In this document: piece after piece, positions 7,190 to 10,681 of the stretch | Layout: the number at the start of each line of letters is the position of its first letter | Numbering within the stretch: position 1 is the stretch's first letter | Virus record (IMG/VR): IMGVR_UViG_2671181127_000010 | Coordinates: 1 to 10,681 of that record | Direction: 5' to 3' (one strand) | From: a virus | Lineage: Duplodnaviria; Heunggongvirae; Uroviricota; Caudoviricetes | DNA length: 10,681 bases | The notes under the pieces: generated by a model | The model's database searches: none | Seen by the model: the letters and a program-made list of their open reading frames with translations, nothing else | Told to the model about the DNA's origin: nothing | Position numbers and translations under genes: made by a program

Positions 7190-7462
7190 ATGGTACATGA
7201 CCGCATAGCGGAGGAACTCGAGGCAAAAGGCTTTTACCGGAGGGCATCGGCGCGATGGGGTGAAGTCATGCTGCTGGTGGAGACAGACAAGGAACGGCAT
7301 CAGGTTACGATGCGACGGCTGGAATGTTCCAGGAAGGCACAGAAGCCACCGGAGCCGCCGGATAACTTCGGAGACCTGAGAAAGGCAGTAGATCGCACTT
7401 ATGCTGAAATGGGTATAGATGGTGTAAGCGATGAAATATGGCGTAATTACCCAGACAGCTAA
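7190..7462 (+). CDS. Hypothetical protein, 90 aa
   Basis: ATG 7190 with RBS GGGGGTGA, 11 nt after the SSB stop; the ORF-track start 7070 overlaps the SSB and is an over-extension. Followed by a terminator. Confidence 0.55.
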   Translation: MVHDRIAEELEAKGFYRRASARWGEVMLLVETDKERHQVTMRRLECSRKAQKPPEPPDNFGDLRKAVDRTYAEMGIDGVSDEIWRNYPDS

Positions 7463-7468
7463 TCAACA

Positions 7469-7490
7469 GCCGGAGTAATCCGGCTTTTTT
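7469..7490 (+). terminator. Rho-independent terminator (GCCGGA-gtaa-TCCGGC plus T6)
   Basis: Perfect 6-bp GC stem, tetraloop, T-run. Confidence 0.7.
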
Positions 7491-7496
7491 GTACCC

Positions 7497-7540
7497 AAAA
7501 AAAGCCCGATAAGTACAGGAGGCATCTTATCGGGCTTTTG
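7497..7540. terminator. Second hairpin, potentially bidirectional terminator (A-run, GCCCGATAAG ... CTTATCGGGC, T-run)
   Basis: Perfect 10-bp stem at 7504-7513 / 7526-7535, flanked by A7 upstream and T4 downstream. Confidence 0.5.
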
Positions 7541-7573
7541 CATATGAGGTTTTTTTTGGTGCACTGACACACA

Positions 7574-7666
7574 TGATCGGGATCATCATTTCATAATTTG
7601 CAACACAACTCAACATCATTGCATAAAATGCAATCATGATTATAATCAGATCTGGATGAACATCCA
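7574..7666 (+). promoter_or_regulatory. Sigma70-type promoter with overlapping palindromic operators, upstream of the capsid module
   Basis: TTGCAT (7619-7624), 16-bp spacer, TATAAT (7641-7646). Palindromes: TGATCggGATCA 7574-7585; TTGCAT-aaa-ATGCAA 7619-7633 over the -35; TGATTATAATCA 7637-7648 over the -10; CTGGATG-aa-CATCCAG 7651-7666 at the predicted transcript start. Confidence 0.55.
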
Positions 7667-7702
7667 GTTATGATTTTTTAAGTCAAAGAGGAATTTCTTA
7701 CT

Positions 7703-7909
7703 ATGGCTGAAGAGAAAAAAGGCGGTGTTTCGGTGTACATAAGCCCCGACATCGTGAAGGCGCTCAAGGAACGCCACCAGCAGAACGTAAAAGCAGGCAT
7801 TGCGGCAGGACTTGATCCGCTGGCGATGGTTGAGCCGTCAACAGGCTGGCAGGTACGCGCCTATTTACGCGCGGCGCTGGGTATGAATCAGGTTCACGGG
7901 GGTGAATAA
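7703..7909 (+). CDS. Hypothetical small protein, 68 aa, first gene of the capsid module
   Basis: RBS AAGAGGA 10 nt upstream; stop overlaps the capsid gene start (TAATG). VSVYISPDIVKALKERH could be a beta-strand/helix DNA- or protein-binding element; function unknown. Confidence 0.6.
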   Translation: MAEEKKGGVSVYISPDIVKALKERHQQNVKAGIAAGLDPLAMVEPSTGWQVRAYLRAALGMNQVHGGE

Positions 7910-8964
7910 TGACAGTAAAAGCAATAGCACTTAACACTAACCAGCTTTTCGCGTACCTGAATCGCGAGGATATTGCGGAATTTAAATTCAGTCCGCTGTT
8001 TACCGCGCTGTTTTTCCCGAACGTGGCGACATTCAACACACAGGACATCATGTTAGATAACCTGGATATTGAAGAAGTCACTATGTCGGCGTTTTGTTCG
8101 CCTATGGTTGGTAGCCAGGTTCAGCGCGATAAAGGGTACGAAACCAGCATTATTCGCCCTGGCTACATGAAGCCAAAACACGAAATCGATCCATTAAAAA
8201 CAATAATGCGCATGGCTGGAGAAGATCCGGCACAGCTTAACGACCCTACCTACCGCCGTATGCGCCTGATTACTGGCAACATGCGCCGCCAGATAAACGC
8301 CATTAAAGCGCGCGTGGAATGGCTGGCGGTGAATGCGATAACGACCGGAAAAAACATCATTGAGGGCGAAGGCATAGAGCGCTATGAAATCGACTGGAAG
8401 ATACCGGAAAAAAACATCATAGAGCAGGCCGACGGTAAAAAATGGTCAGAGCAGGACAAAGACATACACGACCCAATCTATGACATTGAGCTATACGCAG
8501 ATCAGGCAGGTTGCCCCGCAAACGTCATGATTATGGGCGTTGATGTATGGCGCATGTTACGCAGCTTTAAAAAATTCCGTGAACTGTACGATCTCTCCCG
8601 TGGTTCAGAATCCGCCGCAGAGCTGGCATGTAAAAACCTGGGAGAAGTGGTGAGCTTTAAAGGCTATCTTGGTGATCTGGCCCTTATCGTCTATTCCGGC
8701 AAATACACTGACAGCGACGGCACAGAAAAATATTTCCTTGCGCCTGATTTGCTGGTCCTGGGCAACACCAACAATAAAGGGCTGGTGGCCTATGGTGCGA
8801 TTATGGAACAGGAAGCGGTAAGAACGGGCGCAACGCAAAACATGTTTTACCCGAAAAACTGGATTGAAGACGGCGATCCGGCGATTGAGTACGTGCAGAC
8901 ACACAGCGCGCCGCAGCCTGTTCCGGCAGATATTCGCAAATTTGTTACCGTCAAAATTGGTTAA
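7909..8964 (+). CDS. Major capsid protein, phage lambda gpE family (351 aa)
   Basis: Multiple blocks match my recollection of lambda gpE: FKFSPLFTALFF vs FKFDPLFLRLFF; PGYMKPKHEIDP vs PGYVKPKHEVNP; EDPAQLNDPTYRRMRLITGNMR vs EDPQNLADPAYRRRRIIMQNMR; WSEQDKDIHDPIYDIELYA vs WSKRDKSTYDPTDDIEAYA; YPKNWIEDGDPAIEY..QTHSAP vs YPKNWVTTGDPAREF..IQSAP. Similar length (351 vs 341 aa). Confidence 0.85.
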   Translation: MTVKAIALNTNQLFAYLNREDIAEFKFSPLFTALFFPNVATFNTQDIMLDNLDIEEVTMSAFCSPMVGSQVQRDKGYETSIIRPGYMKPKHEIDPLKTIMRMAGEDPAQLNDPTYRRMRLITGNMRRQINAIKARVEWLAVNAITTGKNIIEGEGIERYEIDWKIPEKNIIEQADGKKWSEQDKDIHDPIYDIELYADQAGCPANVMIMGVDVWRMLRSFKKFRELYDLSRGSESAAELACKNLGEVVSFKGYLGDLALIVYSGKYTDSDGTEKYFLAPDLLVLGNTNNKGLVAYGAIMEQEAVRTGATQNMFYPKNWIEDGDPAIEYVQTHSAPQPVPADIRKFVTVKIG

Positions 8965-8975
8965 CGGTGGATTCT

Positions 8976-9311
8976 ATGAACACTCCATACATTGAGTTAT
9001 TTGCAGGCAGTCAGCAGGTATCAACGACGCTGGTACATTTTGCCGCTGATGCTGGCGTTATTCAGGAATTTACCCCGCTGATGCTGGCGGACAATGGCGA
9101 GTTTAAGCCGTGGGATGGTCAGGAATCTGGCAAGGCTGTTTATCTGACTTCGTATCCTGTGGACACGTCAAAGCAGAAATCAGCACAGTGTTACAAGACG
9201 GGGATATTCAATATTGCCGCCGTTAACTGGCCTGAGAGCGTCGACACCGATGCGAAAAAATGCGCCGCCTTTGCGGGTTCCGGCGTATCCGTTCAGCCGC
9301 TGGCCCGATAA
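8976..9311 (+). CDS. Head decoration protein, lambda gpD-like (111 aa from ATG 8976; alternative GTG start 8967)
   Basis: TPLMLA, WDG, and C-terminal YKTGIFN...VNWPESVDTDAKKCAAFAGSGVSV parallel lambda gpD ([44 protein letters not shown]). RBS GGTGGA 5 nt upstream of ATG 8976. Confidence 0.8.
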   Translation: MNTPYIELFAGSQQVSTTLVHFAADAGVIQEFTPLMLADNGEFKPWDGQESGKAVYLTSYPVDTSKQKSAQCYKTGIFNIAAVNWPESVDTDAKKCAAFAGSGVSVQPLAR

Positions 9312-9323
9312 GCAGGGGGAACG

Positions 9324-9737
9324 ATGGCAACGAATGAAAGCATCATGGCGCTACCGCTGGCGAGTAAATTTAAAGAAGAAGCGCGGGCAATGGCTGACAG
9401 AGGTTTATCAACCTACGAGGCCGTATATCAACTCAACAAACTGGAAGAGCAGGACAAGCCGCGCGCTGATGCGATTATGGCGCTTCATGAGCATAAAGAC
9501 TATCAGCCGCTGTTACGTGCAATGGCAAACGTGCCATGTATTAGCGTCGATAATGCTCGTGAAATCCTGAACATGACCATAGAGCAGGAGCGCCCAAAGG
9601 TTGCACCAGAGCTTACCGCAGCCTTTGAAAACTTTATGGACATGCACAGCCCGCAAGCCGTATCAGCTGGCATGGCATACGATGGCAGAAACCAGGGCGA
9701 TGACGGCGACATCGATCGCATACTGAAAACCATCTGA
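9324..9737 (+). CDS. Hypothetical protein, 137 aa, last gene of the capsid module
   Basis: RBS GGGGGA 5 nt upstream; acidic C-terminus; followed by a terminator and a cos site. No confident motif. Confidence 0.6.
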   Translation: MATNESIMALPLASKFKEEARAMADRGLSTYEAVYQLNKLEEQDKPRADAIMALHEHKDYQPLLRAMANVPCISVDNAREILNMTIEQERPKVAPELTAAFENFMDMHSPQAVSAGMAYDGRNQGDDGDIDRILKTI

Positions 9738-9743
9738 GACAAG

Positions 9744-9767
9744 GCCGGAGAAATCCGGCTTTTTTTT
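9744..9767 (+). terminator. Rho-independent terminator (GCCGGA-gaaa-TCCGGC plus T8)
   Basis: Perfect 6-bp stem, tetraloop, 8 T residues; near-identical to the hairpin at 7469-7490. Confidence 0.7.
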
Positions 9768-9768
9768 A

Positions 9769-9840
9769 CGGGTCCTTTCCGGCATATGGACCCGTTACGG
9801 GGCGGCGACCTCGCGGTTTTTCGCTATTTATGAGATTTTT
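9769..9840 (+). other. Lambda-type cos site, copy L (cosN core GGGCGGCGACCT at 9800-9811, cosB side to the right)
   Basis: 9800-9838 reads GGGCGGCGACCTCGCGGTTTTTCGCTATTTATGAGATTT, close to the lambda genome left end GGGCGGCGACCTCGCGGGTTTTCGCTATTTATGAAAATTTTCCGG. Preceded by a hairpin ACGGGTCC...GGACCCGT. Confidence 0.75.
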
Positions 9841-10187
9841 TGAGGGGGTGGTTGTTGTTTAATTGTTTGGTATATCTAATTGATAAGTAAGGTAAAAATA
9901 AAATAAATACAACAACCTTACGATGTATTTTGATGTCATTAATGTGAAAAAATTCAATGATATCAAATGGTTTTGTAAAAACACATGGTTGTTGTATCGC
10001 GTATTTGATGGCGTAACAGAAAGTGATTTTTAACTTTACCGCTCTGTAACTACGGATTATTCCATGCTGGCACGGAGAACGGCTACGGCATGACGCCACC
10101 CAGCCTATACAGAACAGTAAAGCCGATAAATTGTTAATCACGCGCAGCAATGCGTGTGATTTTTGCACACTTCCGGTTAACTGGTAC

Positions 10188-10286
10188 GATGTCCGGTTTT
10201 AGTGTCTGTTTTTTGCGCATGTCCGGTTCATGGAAAGCATGTTTTTATATTTTTCATATGGTTAACTTGCAGAGAAACCGGACATG
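10188..10286. repeat. Candidate cosB R-type elements for the R cos site (ATGTCCGGTT repeats)
   Basis: ATGTCCGGTT at 10189-10198 and 10219-10228 (direct), inverted copy AACCGGACATG at 10276-10286, partial copy TCCGGTT at 10172-10178; positioned about 40, 100 and 130 bp from the R cosN, resembling the R3/R2/R1 layout of lambda cosB as I recall it. Confidence 0.4.
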
Positions 10287-10292
10287 GATCCC

Positions 10293-10370
10293 GGAAAATT
10301 TTCATAAATAGTGAAAACGCGCGAGGTCGCCGCCCCGTAACGGGCCATAATTCCAGGAAGGACCCGACGA
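10293..10370 (-). other. Lambda-type cos site, copy R (cosN core at 10324-10335 on the minus strand, cosB side to the left)
   Basis: Reverse complement of 10293-10335 reads GGGCGGCGACCTCGCGCGTTTTCACTATTTATGAAAATTTTCCGG, two mismatches from the lambda left-end sequence over 45 nt. Forms a roughly 70-bp imperfect inverted repeat with copy L. Confidence 0.8.
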
Positions 10371-10399
10371 CACCAGACTATCAGAGCGATGGGGGCACA

Positions 10400-10681
10400 A
10401 TGACAGAAGCCGAACTACTGGGATTAATCCGCCGCGTCGCCGGAATCAGCCAGCAGCATGACGAACAGGCCACACAGCCGGACAGCGTGACCGCTGAAAA
10501 TTATGTGCGTGTTGTAGCGGAAGTGATGCGCCGTGATGGTATAGAACTTAATGGCGTTGATATGCGCAACATACGGAACCGCGTTCTTGAAATGCTGGCC
10601 TACAATCGCCGCGTTGAACTGTATCGGGAGAAAGAAAAAATAACGTACCACTGGAAGAAGCCGGAACGGCTGCGGCGGTAA
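10400..10681 (+). CDS. Hypothetical small basic protein, 93 aa, adjacent to the R cos site
   Basis: ATG 10400 with G-rich RBS; the ORF-track extension from 10202 runs through the cos site and is rejected. Ends at the window edge with TAA. Function unknown. Confidence 0.5.
   Translation: MTEAELLGLIRRVAGISQQHDEQATQPDSVTAENYVRVVAEVMRRDGIELNGVDMRNIRNRVLEMLAYNRRVELYREKEKITYHWKKPERLRR

Noticed and set aside
6208-7462. P4 sid / delta / psu homologs downstream of the primase
   Set aside because: The ORFs at the expected position are an SSB and two short unknown proteins; sizes and motifs do not match Sid (about 244 aa), Delta (about 166 aa) or Psu (about 190 aa).
9214-9570. 118-aa plus-strand ORF spanning the D-like and following gene
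   Set aside because: Alternative frame across two better-supported genes; Arg/Trp-rich translation.
9824-10168. 114-aa minus-strand ORF inside the cos spacer
   Set aside because: Lies in AT-rich sequence carrying the cosB-like repeats; GTG start without RBS; hydrophobic junk-like translation. No small-terminase-like gene is present at the lambda Nu1 position.
9769-10370. Inverted repeats as termini of a MITE/IS element or an invertible phase-variation switch
   Set aside because: The arms match the lambda cos sequence including the exact 12-nt cohesive-end core, which explains the repeat without invoking a transposon; no invertase or transposase gene is adjacent. Inversion between the arms cannot be excluded.
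10202-10399. N-terminal extension of the last ORF (start at 10202)
   Set aside because: The extension is translated straight across the cos site and its repeats; a proper ATG with a G-rich RBS occurs at 10400.

Overview
The window reads as most of an integrated phage satellite (PICI-like or P4-family-like chromosomal island) from an enterobacterial genome. Left to right: a P4-family tyrosine integrase, an AlpA-type regulator, a divergently transcribed ribbon-helix-helix (Arc/Mnt-like) repressor with an operator array, a long translationally coupled operon (two tandem Ash/Icd-like paralogs, an AT-rich small cargo gene, a small unknown gene, a P4-alpha/D5-type primase-NTPase), an iteron-rich origin-like region, a three-gene cluster containing an SSB, a highly palindromic promoter driving a compact module with a phage lambda gpE-like major capsid protein and a gpD-like decoration protein, and finally two inverted lambda-type cos sites (exact cosN core GGGCGGCGACCT) flanking an AT-rich spacer. 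No canonical P4 sid/delta/psu genes, no rRNA/tRNA and no CRISPR array are visible. The most notable signals are the capsid/decoration module carried by a satellite backbone without portal, protease or terminase in view, and the head-to-head cos pair with different repeat content on each cosB side. All homology calls are from motif-level recognition by eye and need database confirmation.
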